A stretch of 64,000 nucleotides of DNA from an uncultured Verrucomicrobiota bacterium. GTDB lineage: Bacteria > Verrucomicrobiota > Verrucomicrobiia > Limisphaerales > UBA9464. The stretch is from contig CAZGIK010000004.1 in the NCBI GenBank assembly GCA_964525755.1, positions 85,293 to 149,292 of the forward strand, read 5' to 3'. The notes beneath the pieces were generated by a model, which was not told the DNA's origin, ran no database searches, and saw nothing but the letters and a program-made list of their open reading frames with translations. Positions 27,994 through 38,030 of the stretch are shown here, in pieces; position 1 is the first letter of the stretch, and every line of letters begins with the position of its first letter. The position numbers and the translations under genes were made by a program.

Positions 27994-29372
27994 CGTTTCC
28001 TCCCGGTTTTTGCCGACGCCATCCCCTGCTCCGCCACCAGGGCGGCGCGCACCGCCGCCACCGCCCGGTCGATCTGGGCGGCCGTGATGGTCAGGGGCGG
28101 TGTGAATCCCAGCACCTCGGAGTCCGCGCCCTCGGGCAGGACCACATACCCGTCGCGCAGCAGGCGCTTCATCACCGCGACCACCGTCGCGGTGGCCGGC
28201 CGGCCGTCGGGGTGGTGCACGCCGATCCCGGCCATGAGTCCCAATCCCCGCGGGGACAACACCCACGGCCAGGCCGCGTCCGCCATCTGGTTGAGGCACC
28301 CCAGCAGTCGGTCCCCCAGCACCGCGCTCCGTCCCGGGAGGTCCCGGTGCTCGATCTCGTCGAGCTGCGCCAGCGCCATGGCGCACCCGACCGGGTTGCC
28401 CAGGAACGTGCTGGTGTGGATCGCCTCGCCGTCCGACGCCGGCCAGGCGCGGTCCATGACATCCGCCCGCCCGACACAGGCCGAGATGGGGAATCCGCCG
28501 GCCAGCGCCTTGCCCAGGCAGATGATGTCCGGCACCACGCCGCTGTGCTCCACGGCGAACCAGGCGCCGGTCCGGCCGAAGCCGGTGTAGATCTCGTCCA
28601 CCACCAGCAGCGCCCCGTGGGCGTCGCACGCGGTGCGGAGGCGGCGGAGGAAATCCCGGTGCGGCACCCGGATGCCGCCCCGGGCCTGGACCGGCTCGAC
28701 GAGCACGGCACCGACATCCCCCCGGGCCAGCTCGCGCCCGAGGGCCGCCTCGACGGCCGGCAGGTCGTCGCATCCGGACCCCGGACAGCCGCACGCGGCG
28801 CACCGGGGGAACGGGAGGAAGGTGCCGAACCCGGGCAGCTGACGCTCGAAGGGTGAGCGGAAGTGCGCCCGGTGCGTGACGTTGAGGGCACCGTAACCCA
28901 GGCCATGATAGCCCCCCTCGAACGCCAGCACCCGGGACCGTCCGGTGGCCAGCAGGGCCGTCTTGAGCGCCGCCTCCACCGCCTCGAATCCCGAGCTGCC
29001 CAGGATCACCCGACCCCGGCCCGGGCCCGCCCCACCCACCGCGGGGCGGCGACGGCGCCAACGGCCGAACGTCAGTTCGCTCAGGCGTCGGGCGAGGAGC
29101 GCCTTGGCCGGATGCGGGTGCACGTCGCCCATGGCATGGGGAAGCAGCGCCAACTGGCGTTGCCCGGCGCGCACCACGCGCGGATTGGCATGCCCGGCGG
29201 CCGCCACCCCGAAGGCGGCGGTCAGGTCGAGGTACTCCCGCCCCTCCGGATCCCACACCCGACAGCCCCGGGCCCGGGCCCAGACCGCCGGCCAGCCCCC
29301 GGCCGGGTCCAGATGGGTCACGTTGCGCGACTCGTAGTCGCGCAGGGTCCGTAACACCTCCCGGGAAGTCAT
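27990..29372 (-). CDS. Class-III pyridoxal-phosphate aminotransferase (acetylornithine/GABA aminotransferase-like); substrate unknown
   Basis: Last 460 aa of track ORF 27990..29726(-), starting at ATG 29372. Blocks [42 protein letters not shown] and the PLP-lysine context [14 protein letters not shown]. Confidence 0.8.
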   Translation of the reverse strand: MTSREVLRTLRDYESRNVTHLDPAGGWPAVWARARGCRVWDPEGREYLDLTAAFGVAAAGHANPRVVRAGQRQLALLPHAMGDVHPHPAKALLARRLSELTFGRWRRRRPAVGGAGPGRGRVILGSSGFEAVEAALKTALLATGRSRVLAFEGGYHGLGYGALNVTHRAHFRSPFERQLPGFGTFLPFPRCAACGCPGSGCDDLPAVEAALGRELARGDVGAVLVEPVQARGGIRVPHRDFLRRLRTACDAHGALLVVDEIYTGFGRTGAWFAVEHSGVVPDIICLGKALAGGFPISACVGRADVMDRAWPASDGEAIHTSTFLGNPVGCAMALAQLDEIEHRDLPGRSAVLGDRLLGCLNQMADAAWPWVLSPRGLGLMAGIGVHHPDGRPATATVVAVMKRLLRDGYVVLPEGADSEVLGFTPPLTITAAQIDRAVAAVRAALVAEQGMASAKTGRKR

Positions 29373-29383
29373 CGCCCGCCGAT

Positions 29384-30118
29384 TCACACGCCCCGCTCCT
29401 CCGGCGGCCAGACAAACTTGTGCATCTGCAGCTGGAACCGCACCGGGAGCCGGTCGGCGATGATCGCCTCGACCAGCCCCCGACGGTCGAGGGGACGATG
29501 CGCCGCCGGCACCGCCTTCAGGCTCGGGTCCCGCTGGACCGGCAGGAGGGGGGCGGCCCACGAGAAGAGGACCGGACACACCTGCTCCAGCCGGTGCCGA
29601 CGCACCACGTCGCGCGCCCATTCGTAGTCCTCCCGGGTGCTGATCACGAACTTGACCTCGTCGGTCGGCCGGAGGTCGTCGAGGTTCTCCCATCGATTGC
29701 GGCCGGACTCGCCGCTGGCCGGACACTTGAGGTCCATGATGCGACGGACGCGCGGATCGAGCGTCGAGATGTCATGGGCCCCGCTCGTCTCCACCAGCAC
29801 GACGAATCCCTCGTCGCAGAGCCGGGCCATCAGGGGACGCACCCCGGCCTGGAGGAGCGGTTCCCCGCCGGTGAACTCCACCAGCGGCAACCGGACCGCA
29901 CCGGCCACCGTGGAGTACCCGTCGGCCAACTCCAGCACCCGGCCGTGCACCGCCTCCACGTCCATCCGCCCGCCCGACGTGAAGGCGTAGGCGGTGTCGC
30001 AGTAGGAGCAGCGGAGATTGCATCCGGTGAGCCGGACGAACACGCAGGGCAACCCCGCGTGGGTGCTCTCGCCCTGCAGGCTCAGGTAGATCTCGTTGAC
30101 GACGAGGGTGCCAGACAC
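29384..30118 (-). CDS. queE: 7-carboxy-7-deazaguanine synthase (radical SAM)
   Basis: Track ORF with a GTG start. Blocks EIYLSLQGESTHAGLPCVFVRLTGCNLRCSYCDT, FTGGEPLLQ and VETSG. Confidence 0.85.
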   Translation of the reverse strand: MSGTLVVNEIYLSLQGESTHAGLPCVFVRLTGCNLRCSYCDTAYAFTSGGRMDVEAVHGRVLELADGYSTVAGAVRLPLVEFTGGEPLLQAGVRPLMARLCDEGFVVLVETSGAHDISTLDPRVRRIMDLKCPASGESGRNRWENLDDLRPTDEVKFVISTREDYEWARDVVRRHRLEQVCPVLFSWAAPLLPVQRDPSLKAVPAAHRPLDRRGLVEAIIADRLPVRFQLQMHKFVWPPEERGV

Positions 30119-30200
30119 GCGGCGACGCTATCGGCCCGTTCCCCGCGAAGGAAGCCCGACGCAGGCACCTCCCCTCCTGCCCGGGCCGTGCACCGCAGGA

Positions 30201-30965
30201 TCAGTCCCCGAGCAGGGCCTGCTGGAGGGCGCGGAGCTCGTCGTCGACCTGGGACGGGTCGGCGAGTGTCCCGGCCAGTTCCTCCCGGAGCAGCTCGCGG
30301 TACCGCTTGCGCAGGCGGTGGACCGCCACCCGGAACGCCCCCTCCTCCATGCCGAGGCGACGGGCGGCATCGGCGTGCGGGATGGCCTCCTCCCCGAGCA
30401 TCAGGTAGCCGCGGGCCGCCTCGAACAGCCCGGCACGGCCGGAGCCGGCGCATTCCGACCGCAGGCGTCCCACCACCTGCTCGAGGAGCGACACCGCCCA
30501 GGCGCGGTCGAACTCGCGCTCCGGGTCGGCCGGGTCCGGCACCTCGAGCCCGTACCGGCTGTCGGCCGCCGACCAGTCGAGGGACAGGTGCGGCACGCCG
30601 CCCCCGCGTTTCATCCGACCGGACCGGTCGCGCTCGTTCGACAGAAAGTTCTGCAACGCCGCGAGCAGGAAGGCCCGGAAACGGCCGCGATCGGCCGACA
30701 GTCCCCCGAGGGGGTTCCGCTCGAGGAACCGGGCGAAGAACGCCTGGGTGAGATCCTCGGCATCCTCGCGGCTCCGCACCCGCCGGCGAACGTACGCATA
30801 GAGCGGATACCAGTACGCCTGGCACAGCGCGGCCAGCGCCCGCTCGGCGTCGGGCGACGTCCCCCGCCCCGCCGCCACCACCTGGGTCCAGCGGGTGGTC
30901 GCAAACACCTCCCCCCGGCCCACCAGCGGATCCGCCCCCCCGGAAGTCCCGTCCGTCCCGCTCAT
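30201..30965 (-). CDS. ECF-type RNA polymerase sigma factor (kinase-associated type)
   Basis: Last 254 aa of track ORF 30201..32444(-). ATG 30965 overlaps the kinase stop (ATGA). Blocks TRWTQV, YWYPLYAYVRRR...EDAEDLTQAFFARFLE, GRFRAFLLAALQNFLSNERDR and region 4 AARRLGMEEGAFRVAVHRLRKRYRELL. Confidence 0.85.
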   Translation of the reverse strand: MSGTDGTSGGADPLVGRGEVFATTRWTQVVAAGRGTSPDAERALAALCQAYWYPLYAYVRRRVRSREDAEDLTQAFFARFLERNPLGGLSADRGRFRAFLLAALQNFLSNERDRSGRMKRGGGVPHLSLDWSAADSRYGLEVPDPADPEREFDRAWAVSLLEQVVGRLRSECAGSGRAGLFEAARGYLMLGEEAIPHADAARRLGMEEGAFRVAVHRLRKRYRELLREELAGTLADPSQVDDELRALQQALLGD

Positions 30966-33583
30966 CGCGTGATCCTCCGCAGGCGGATGGTGGCGTCGGG
31001 CAGCCCCGGGCCGACCCGGACCAACCGGAGCAGGCCGAATCCCCCCTCCCGGGTCTGGTAGGCGTAGGTGCGATGGCCCGAATAGGGCCCCTCCACCGGC
31101 AGGCGGGCGGGCGCGAAACGTCGCTCGTACACCCGGTCGATCACCTCCCGCGGGGTCAACCGCTCCCATTCGGCCTCCTCGACCACCGCCAGGTGGACGG
31201 TGCCCGCCAGGTCGAGCCCGGCGGCCCCCAGGGCGGCATCGAATCCCTCCGACACCGCCCACGCCGCCGCCCCGGCCGCCGCCGCCAGCGCGTTCTCGCC
31301 GTCCGCATCCGACGGAAACCGGCCGATCCGACCGGAATCGAAGTCCACCAACTCCGTGACGGTGACCTCCAGATCCGGGGCGAAGGCCAGCCGACGGGGT
31401 TCCGGCAGCTTCCCCGCCGGTTGCAGGGCGACATCGGGGAACCGGACCCACCGGACCGGCCGGGCCTGGGCCACGAACTCGCGGACATCCTCCAGCCGCA
31501 GCCCGTGGAAGACGAAGGTGAGAATCGAGTCGTCGCCGGACGGCCCCAGGGACCCGGACATCGAACGCTCCGTGTGCTCCACCCCGGAGTGGTCCACCGC
31601 CACGATCCGGAACCGCCAGTCGCGCGACTCTCGCGGGAGCATTGCCGTGATGCGGGCTCCCTCGGGGGAATCCGATGTCGCGTGCACCTGGAGCCGCGGA
31701 TGGGGATCGTCCGGGAGCCGACGGGATCCGGCCGGGCGTCCGTCGCGGTGGTAGGCGGCGAGGGGACGCCAGGGGTCGACCGACACCCCCACCTCGGGCG
31801 CGATCCGCTGCCCGGCCGACACCCCGGAATAGCAGGCCGCCCGGGCACCCGGAAGCTCCCGCCCGTTCACGAACACCACCCCGCCCGCGGCCACGGACAT
31901 TCCCGCACCCGCCTCGAAATACGGTCCATCGGAACCCGACGGCAGATCCACCACCCGGAACACCATCGCCCGCCCCGTATCCTCCATGCCCCCCGGGCAC
32001 GAGAGCCGATGGACCTCGTAGGTGCCGGCGTCGGGTCGGCCGTCGGGAAACCACCACTGGTTGGGTGCGGCATCGGGCAGGGACACGGCCAGCAACTCGA
32101 TGCGCCCTCCGCCCTCCAACTCCGCCCGGAGGGCGCCCGAGGCGGGCTCGGGTCGGGCGACCTGCGGGACGGCGGCATCGGGTCGGCCGAACAGCGGACG
32201 GATCACACCGCGATGCAGGTAGTGGCTGCCCACCACCACGACGAACAGGGCGGCCAGAGTGAGGTAGTCCCGGAGGAAGCGGGGTCGCCGGCGCCGGTTC
32301 AGCACCACCGTTCCGTTCATCGTCCGTTCCACCGCCGCCCGGGGTTCGTCGCGCAGGAGCGCCCGTCGGATGCCCCAGAACGCCGTCAGCAACCCGGCCA
32401 TCCAGACCACCCGCGGCAGGGCGTGCTCGCCCCCGCTCAGCCACCGGACGAGGTAATGTCCGACGGCGGCCACGGACATGGTGGCAAACACCAGCCCGAG
32501 CGCCCCCTCGAACGAGACCTCCCGTTCGCCATCCCGCTCGGTCACCACCGGGATCCCCGCCCAGCGCAGATGCCGGACCGGTGCCGGTCCCGTCCCGGGT
32601 TCCCCATCCCCCGTCCCGGCCTCCGGTGCGGGCGAGCGCGACACGGTCTCGACCCCGGTCTTCACGTCGCCGGCCCGCTGATAGCGCCGCTCGGGATCGT
32701 TCTCCAGCGCCCGCAGGACGACCGCGTCCAGCCGGACATCGACCTCCACCTTGCGCGACGGCGGCGGGAACTTCCCGAGCGGAAGATCGCCGGTGAGCAT
32801 CTCGTAGATCACCACCCCGAGGGAATAGATGTCGGCCCGGTGATCGACCGACAGCGGACGTTCCACCTGCTCGGGCGCCATGTAGTGCGGGGTGCCCATC
32901 ACCTGGCCGTCGACGGTCAGCCGACCGGTGTCACCCTCCGGCCCGAGGATCCGCGCCAGGCCGAAGTCGGCGATCTTCACCCGCCCCTTCCGGTCGACCA
33001 GGACGTTCTCCGGCTTGATGTCCCGATGGACCACGCCTTCGTCGTGGGCGTACTGCAGGGCGTCGCAGATCTGGGGGATGATCTGGAGGACCTCCCGGGG
33101 CGACAACCGGCCCGACTGTTCGAGTTGGCGGAGGTTGGCGCCGTCGACGTACTCCATGAGGAAGAAGTGGTGCCGGCCGGCCCGGCCGAACTCGTGGACG
33201 GACACGATGTTCGGGTGGCTGAGCCGCGCCAGGGCCCGGGCCTCGCGGTTGAACCGCTCCTCGAACAGGGTGCCGCCGGGGCCGTCGGCCGGGAGGATCT
33301 TCAGCGCCACCATCCGGTCGAGGTCCGGCTGCCGGGCCTGGTACACCGCCCCCATGCCCCCCGCCCCGATGAGGCGGATGATCTCCAGCCGCGGGAACAA
33401 CGCCGCCACGTCGGCGACCGGGGGCGGCTCGAAGCGCGGTCCACCGCCGGGTCGCTCGCCGGAGCGGGTCGCATCGGCCTGGACCAGCAGGCAGGCCGGG
33501 CAAAGCCCCTGCAGCCCGCCGCCGGGCAGCGGCCGACCGCATTGGGGACAGGCGGTGGGGGACGGGGTCACTGGAGTTTTCAT
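30962..33583 (-). CDS. Ser/Thr protein kinase with an N-terminal zinc ribbon, three TM segments and a ~400-aa extracytoplasmic C-terminal domain of unknown family
   Basis: Part of track ORF 30962..34948(-), starting at ATG 33583 (MKTPVTPSPTACPQCG...CPAC). Hanks motifs GAGGMGAVYQA, VALK, HRDIKPENVL, IADFGLA and GTPHYMAPE. TM segments are at about aa 360-380, 392-407 and 438-455. Confidence 0.9.
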   Translation of the reverse strand: MKTPVTPSPTACPQCGRPLPGGGLQGLCPACLLVQADATRSGERPGGGPRFEPPPVADVAALFPRLEIIRLIGAGGMGAVYQARQPDLDRMVALKILPADGPGGTLFEERFNREARALARLSHPNIVSVHEFGRAGRHHFFLMEYVDGANLRQLEQSGRLSPREVLQIIPQICDALQYAHDEGVVHRDIKPENVLVDRKGRVKIADFGLARILGPEGDTGRLTVDGQVMGTPHYMAPEQVERPLSVDHRADIYSLGVVIYEMLTGDLPLGKFPPPSRKVEVDVRLDAVVLRALENDPERRYQRAGDVKTGVETVSRSPAPEAGTGDGEPGTGPAPVRHLRWAGIPVVTERDGEREVSFEGALGLVFATMSVAAVGHYLVRWLSGGEHALPRVVWMAGLLTAFWGIRRALLRDEPRAAVERTMNGTVVLNRRRRPRFLRDYLTLAALFVVVVGSHYLHRGVIRPLFGRPDAAVPQVARPEPASGALRAELEGGGRIELLAVSLPDAAPNQWWFPDGRPDAGTYEVHRLSCPGGMEDTGRAMVFRVVDLPSGSDGPYFEAGAGMSVAAGGVVFVNGRELPGARAACYSGVSAGQRIAPEVGVSVDPWRPLAAYHRDGRPAGSRRLPDDPHPRLQVHATSDSPEGARITAMLPRESRDWRFRIVAVDHSGVEHTERSMSGSLGPSGDDSILTFVFHGLRLEDVREFVAQARPVRWVRFPDVALQPAGKLPEPRRLAFAPDLEVTVTELVDFDSGRIGRFPSDADGENALAAAAGAAAWAVSEGFDAALGAAGLDLAGTVHLAVVEEAEWERLTPREVIDRVYERRFAPARLPVEGPYSGHRTYAYQTREGGFGLLRLVRVGPGLPDATIRLRRITR

Positions 33584-33739
33584 GATCGTGTAATGTCTCG
33601 TCACCTCATCCAGAAGCATTTTCCGGCCGCCGTTACATCCGCCCGCGAATCCGTCGCGGCCCTCGCACTTGCCAGTCCCCCGACCGGCCCCGAGCATGGA
33701 GCGCGGCACCCGCAACCGCCGCCGACCGACCCAGCGTCC

Positions 33740-35854
33740 ATGCCCCAGTCCTCCCGCCCCTCCCTCCCCCTCCCCGTGGCCGTTCCCACCTCCCCACGGG
33801 GGACCCCCTGCGCCCGGGCCGTCCGGCTCGCCGCCCTGCTGGCCGGGTTCGCAACCATCGGCTGGGCGGAGGACATCGACATCCGCCAGCGGTCCAACCT
33901 CCGGACGGAGATCACCGCGCTGGGCGTGGCCCATCGCGACGGGCTCTGCCTGGTGGCCGACGGGAACGGGGGGCTCCAGGTCGTGGAGGTGGCCGACCCG
34001 GACCAACCCCGGCGGATCGGAGCCCTGCCGACGCCCGGACCCGCCCGCTCGGTCCTCCTCGCCGGGCCCCTCGCCTACGTGGCGGCGGACGCGGCAGGGG
34101 TGGTGGTGGTGGACATCGGGGATCCCGCCAACCCGCGGCAGGTCGGCGCGGTCGACACCGCGGGCATCGCGGTCGGGCTGGCACTCGACGGAGACCGGCT
34201 CCACGTGGCCGACGGGCCGGCCGGCGTGGTGATGCTCGACGTGTCCGATCCCACCGCGCCCCGGCCCGTGGTTGATTTCGACACCCCGGGGTTTGCGCAG
34301 TCCGTGGCGGTGTCGGGCGACCGGGTGCTGGTGGCGGATGCCGGGGGCGGACTCCACGTCCTCGACCTCACCGGGCCCGCGGCGCCGCGTCGGCTCGGCG
34401 GCTGGGACAGCCCCGGCACCGCGACGGGAATCGTCGTCTCCGGACAATTCGCCTACCTCACCGACGGCGACTTCGGCCTGCATGTGCTCGACCTGGATGC
34501 CGGGCCCGACCCGGTGCGGATCGGGGGCGTGCGCCCCTCGGGCCTCGCCCTGGGCGTGGCGATCGACGGCACCCGGGGAACCGTGGCCAATGGGTCGGAG
34601 GTGTATGTGGTCGACCTGTCCGACGCGGCCGCCCCGCGGCTCATCGGAAGCTGGAGCACCCGGAGCACCGCCCAGGCGACCTGGCTGGAGGACGGCCTGG
34701 TCTACGTGGCCGCCGGCCTGGCCGGGCTCGACATCCTGGACATCACCCGGGCGGCCACCCCGCCCCGGCTGGGATCCTCCATCCTGACCGGCGAGATCCA
34801 GTCGATCGCCCGTTCCGAAAGCCTGCTGGTGACGGCACAGGGCAGCCGGGGCATCGGCCTGTTCGAGGCGGGCGCCGATGGTTCCCTGACCCAGCTGGTT
34901 GAGACCAACCGCTTCGGATCCGCGCTCGACGTGGCGATCGACGGACACCTGGCGATGATCGCGTCGGGAGTCGGCGGTGTCTCACTCATCGACGTCGGGG
35001 ATCCGGGAAACCTCGTCCGGCGCGGCGGGTTCGACACGGCAGGCTATGCCCGCGGGGTGGCGATCGCCGGAAACAGGGGTGCGGTGGCGGACGCTCATGG
35101 GGGTCTGGTCTGGCTGGATCTCGACACGCCGGGGGATCCGGTCCGGACCGGGGTGCTCGAGCCGCGCGACGAGACCTACGCCGTGGCCATGGCCCACGGC
35201 CGGGCCTATGTGGCGGACGGGTTCGCGGGACTCCGGGTCATCGCGGAGGACGAATCGGGCAAGCCCGTGGAGGTCGGCCTGCTCGCCGAACTGGGGCCCG
35301 CGCGCGATGTCGGGGTGATCGGCAACCTGGCGTGGGTCGCCGCCCGGCAGCAGGGCCTCCACCTGATCTCGGTGGCCGACCCCACCCAGCCCACCCTCCT
35401 CTCCACCTGGCAGACCGGGACCGCCGTCACCAGCGTGGCCGGGACCGGACGGTTCCTCTACGTCGCCGAGGAAGGACGTGGAGTCGTTGTCCTCGACATC
35501 GCGGATCCCGCCGCCCCACGCCGGGTGGGAGGGAATTCGGCCGTCCCGGCTGTCGTCCTCGGGGACGGAACCTCCGTGACCTACGCGGGGACATCGGATG
35601 GCGAGTTGGTGGTCCTGGGCTTCCATCGGCCGGAGCTCCGCCTCGACATCCGGATGCCCTCGGTGGCCGGCAATGCCCGGCTGCGGCTCGACGGCCCCCA
35701 GGGGGCCCTCATCCGCCTGCAGCGGGGGCCGGAACCCGGGATCTGGGCCGACTGGACCTCGGTGAGCCTCGGGGATATGCCGCTCGAGATCGACGATCCG
35801 GAATCCGCCGGCAGCGCCTCCGGCGTCTACCGGGCAGTCCAGGATGCCCCTTGA
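33740..35854 (+). CDS. Secreted LVIVD-repeat beta-propeller protein
   Basis: Tail of track ORF 31073..35854. ATG 33740 is followed by the signal-like VRLAALLAGFATIGWA. It has about 12 repeats of the type GGLQVVEVADPDQPRRIG / AGVVVVDIGDPANPRQVG / GVVMLDVSDPTAPRPV. Confidence 0.75.
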   Translation: MPQSSRPSLPLPVAVPTSPRGTPCARAVRLAALLAGFATIGWAEDIDIRQRSNLRTEITALGVAHRDGLCLVADGNGGLQVVEVADPDQPRRIGALPTPGPARSVLLAGPLAYVAADAAGVVVVDIGDPANPRQVGAVDTAGIAVGLALDGDRLHVADGPAGVVMLDVSDPTAPRPVVDFDTPGFAQSVAVSGDRVLVADAGGGLHVLDLTGPAAPRRLGGWDSPGTATGIVVSGQFAYLTDGDFGLHVLDLDAGPDPVRIGGVRPSGLALGVAIDGTRGTVANGSEVYVVDLSDAAAPRLIGSWSTRSTAQATWLEDGLVYVAAGLAGLDILDITRAATPPRLGSSILTGEIQSIARSESLLVTAQGSRGIGLFEAGADGSLTQLVETNRFGSALDVAIDGHLAMIASGVGGVSLIDVGDPGNLVRRGGFDTAGYARGVAIAGNRGAVADAHGGLVWLDLDTPGDPVRTGVLEPRDETYAVAMAHGRAYVADGFAGLRVIAEDESGKPVEVGLLAELGPARDVGVIGNLAWVAARQQGLHLISVADPTQPTLLSTWQTGTAVTSVAGTGRFLYVAEEGRGVVVLDIADPAAPRRVGGNSAVPAVVLGDGTSVTYAGTSDGELVVLGFHRPELRLDIRMPSVAGNARLRLDGPQGALIRLQRGPEPGIWADWTSVSLGDMPLEIDDPESAGSASGVYRAVQDAP

Positions 35855-35863
35855 CCCGGGCGG

Positions 35864-36754
35864 TCAGGCGCCGAAGACGCGGCGGACGAACTCCCGGCTG
35901 CGGGCGTGGTTCTCGACCACCGTGCGGGTGATCCGCGTCCCCGCCTCAAGAGCCAATTCGACCGTGTAGCGCGGGGCCATCGACCGCTCCCGGGCGAGCC
36001 GCGCGATCGCCGTGTAGTCGATGTCCCCGGCGTCCAGATCCTCCCACCACACCTTCTCCCGGCTCTGGCGCAGATGCCACGAGACCACCCGGTCCCCGTA
36101 CCGCCCGAGCGCGTCCATCGGAGGAACCCCGCCCCGGTACATCCAGTGGGTGTCGATGCAGAAATCCACACGTCCGGCCCGGGTGCGGTCGAAGTTGGAA
36201 TGGAACTCCCGGGCACCGTCGGCCAGCTCCGGGGTGTGGTGATGGAGCCCGAGCCGCAGCCCGAGGGCCGACAGGGCATCGCCCAGGTCCGACAGGGCCC
36301 GGGCCTGGACGAGCAGCTCGGCATCGGTCTTGGCCCGACCGATCGGATCGGGATTGCACACGATCACCCCGAACCCCGCCCCGGCGGCGACCCGGGCGGC
36401 GGCGGTGATCCGGCCGACCGTCTCGTCCGCCCGGGCCGCCTCATGGAAGGCCCCGCCGGTGTAGAGGCTGACCGGACGCAGTCCGCGGGCCCGAAGCCGT
36501 TCGGCAAACCGCCCGTTCCCGTCCGGATCGGCCACGTCGAGGTTCCCCTCGGCATAGTCGAAGCCCGCATCGCGCAGGGACGCGAAGACCTCGTCCAGAT
36601 GGTCCTCGAGGCGCTTCCCGTCGCGCGAATAGTACTGTCCCCAGCCGTACAGCTGGGAGCCGACGACCGGACGGACCGTCGCCTGGGCGGTGAGGGTGCG
36701 CGCCACGGCGCCTCCGAGGGCCAGTCGGGCGAGGAAGGTTCTCCGGGAGTGCAT
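35864..36754 (-). CDS. TAT-exported sugar phosphate isomerase/epimerase (xylose-isomerase-like TIM barrel)
   Basis: Track ORF. Twin-arginine leader MHSRRTFLARLALGGAVA, and AP-endonuclease-2/TIM-barrel-like blocks (LGLRLGLHHH, VVSWHLRQ). Confidence 0.8.
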   Translation of the reverse strand: MHSRRTFLARLALGGAVARTLTAQATVRPVVGSQLYGWGQYYSRDGKRLEDHLDEVFASLRDAGFDYAEGNLDVADPDGNGRFAERLRARGLRPVSLYTGGAFHEAARADETVGRITAAARVAAGAGFGVIVCNPDPIGRAKTDAELLVQARALSDLGDALSALGLRLGLHHHTPELADGAREFHSNFDRTRAGRVDFCIDTHWMYRGGVPPMDALGRYGDRVVSWHLRQSREKVWWEDLDAGDIDYTAIARLARERSMAPRYTVELALEAGTRITRTVVENHARSREFVRRVFGA

Positions 36755-36771
36755 GGGATGGGAACAGGCTT

Positions 36772-37932
36772 TCAGCGTCGGAACGAGGCGGCGAAGTCGT
36801 CGCGGGTGGGCGCCACGACCTTCTTCTCGGCCGTGGACGCGGCGACCAGGCCGGCCAGGTGCGCCTCCCAGGCCGCGCCGTCCAGAGGGAGCTCCAGCGT
36901 GCGGTCGAGCATCGCCGAGAAGACGATCGCGTTGGCGAGTTCCACGGAATGGATCCCCTCGCTCCCGGGCGCGATCAATGCCGCCCCGTCGAGGACGGCA
37001 TCGCAGAAGTTCTCCATCAGCCGCGCATGCGGCTCCGTGGCGTCGGTGAACGGGATCTCGCAGTTCCAGACCTCCGGCTTGGTGAAGCCGCCGGTGGATG
37101 TCCGGAGGAACTCCAGCATGTCACCGTCGTTGCGGGTGAACCGGAGGCGGCCGTCCTCCAACACCGCCCGGCCGCGGGAGCCGGTGATCTCGAGGCGGTT
37201 GGTGCCGGGGGCCTCGGCCGTGCTCGAGATGAACACCCCGGTGGCACCCCCCGGATACTCCAGATACGCCGTGACCTCGTCCTCGACCTCGATCCGGTGG
37301 TGCCGGCCGAACCCGCAAAACCCGCGGACCCGGGCCGGCATTCCCAGGAGCCAGGCGAGGACGTCGAGGTTGTGCAGGCACTGGTTGAGCAGGACCCCGC
37401 CGCCCTCGCCCTTCCACGTGGCCCGCCATCCGCCGCTGGCGTAGTACGCCTCGGTCCGGAACCAGTCGGTGTTGATCCAGTTCACCCGGACGAGGGTTCC
37501 CAGTTCACCCGACGTGATCAGGCGCCGGAGGCGGAGGTAGCGGGGTTCGACCCGGAGCTGGAACATGCCGGCGAGCACCCGGTCCGGGTGGGCCGCCGCG
37601 CAGGCCAGGAGCCGTTCGGCATCGGCCTTGTGGGCAGAGATCGGCTTCTCGACCATCACATGCAGGCCCGCCTCCAACGCAGCGATCCCCAGCGTCGTGT
37701 GCTGGTAGTGGGGCGTGGCGATCAGCACCGCGTCGGCCAGACCCGACCCGATCAGCGCCGCCGGGTCGGTGAACGTCGCCAGCCCGCGCTCCCGGTACGG
37801 CTCGAGCTTCGACCCGGTCGGCGCACACACCGCCGTCAACTCCGCCCGCGCGACCCGGCCCCCGAGGAGATACCCGGCGTGATGACGTCCGATGTTGCCG
37901 AGACCGATGAGACCGATGCGGACTTTCTTCAT
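36772..37932 (-). CDS. Gfo/Idh/MocA family oxidoreductase
   Basis: Frame of track ORF 36772..37986(-), starting at ATG 37932. Blocks MKKVRIGLIGLGNIGRHH, HVMVEKP and GGGVLLNQCLHNLD. Confidence 0.9.
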   Translation of the reverse strand: MKKVRIGLIGLGNIGRHHAGYLLGGRVARAELTAVCAPTGSKLEPYRERGLATFTDPAALIGSGLADAVLIATPHYQHTTLGIAALEAGLHVMVEKPISAHKADAERLLACAAAHPDRVLAGMFQLRVEPRYLRLRRLITSGELGTLVRVNWINTDWFRTEAYYASGGWRATWKGEGGGVLLNQCLHNLDVLAWLLGMPARVRGFCGFGRHHRIEVEDEVTAYLEYPGGATGVFISSTAEAPGTNRLEITGSRGRAVLEDGRLRFTRNDGDMLEFLRTSTGGFTKPEVWNCEIPFTDATEPHARLMENFCDAVLDGAALIAPGSEGIHSVELANAIVFSAMLDRTLELPLDGAAWEAHLAGLVAASTAEKKVVAPTRDDFAASFRR

Positions 37933-38030
37933 GGGAAGGTGCTGGAGGGCGGGGCCAGCCTGCGGACGGCCCCGCGTCCCGGGCAAGCGGATTTGCCCGT
38001 CCGCCGGCGTCCTGTTACTCGTGCGGCGTG

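Noticed and set aside
30119-30200. Possible preQ1 or other riboswitch upstream of queE
   Set aside because: The 82-nt leader is GC-rich and lacks the short hairpin plus A-rich tail of preQ1-class riboswitches. I recognised no conserved riboswitch core.
31073-33739. N-terminal 889 codons of plus ORF 31073..35854, and codons upstream of 33583 in minus ORF 30962..34948
   Set aside because: These extensions run antisense through the kinase gene and the LVIVD gene respectively, with junk composition. The real starts are ATG 33740 (LVIVD) and ATG 33583 (kinase), which leaves a sensible 156-bp divergent promoter region.
33593-33739. Alternative ATG at 33593 as the start of the LVIVD gene
   Set aside because: It would leave only 9 bp between divergent genes and add 49 non-hydrophobic residues before the signal-like segment. 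ATG 33740 places the hydrophobic leader near the N-terminus.
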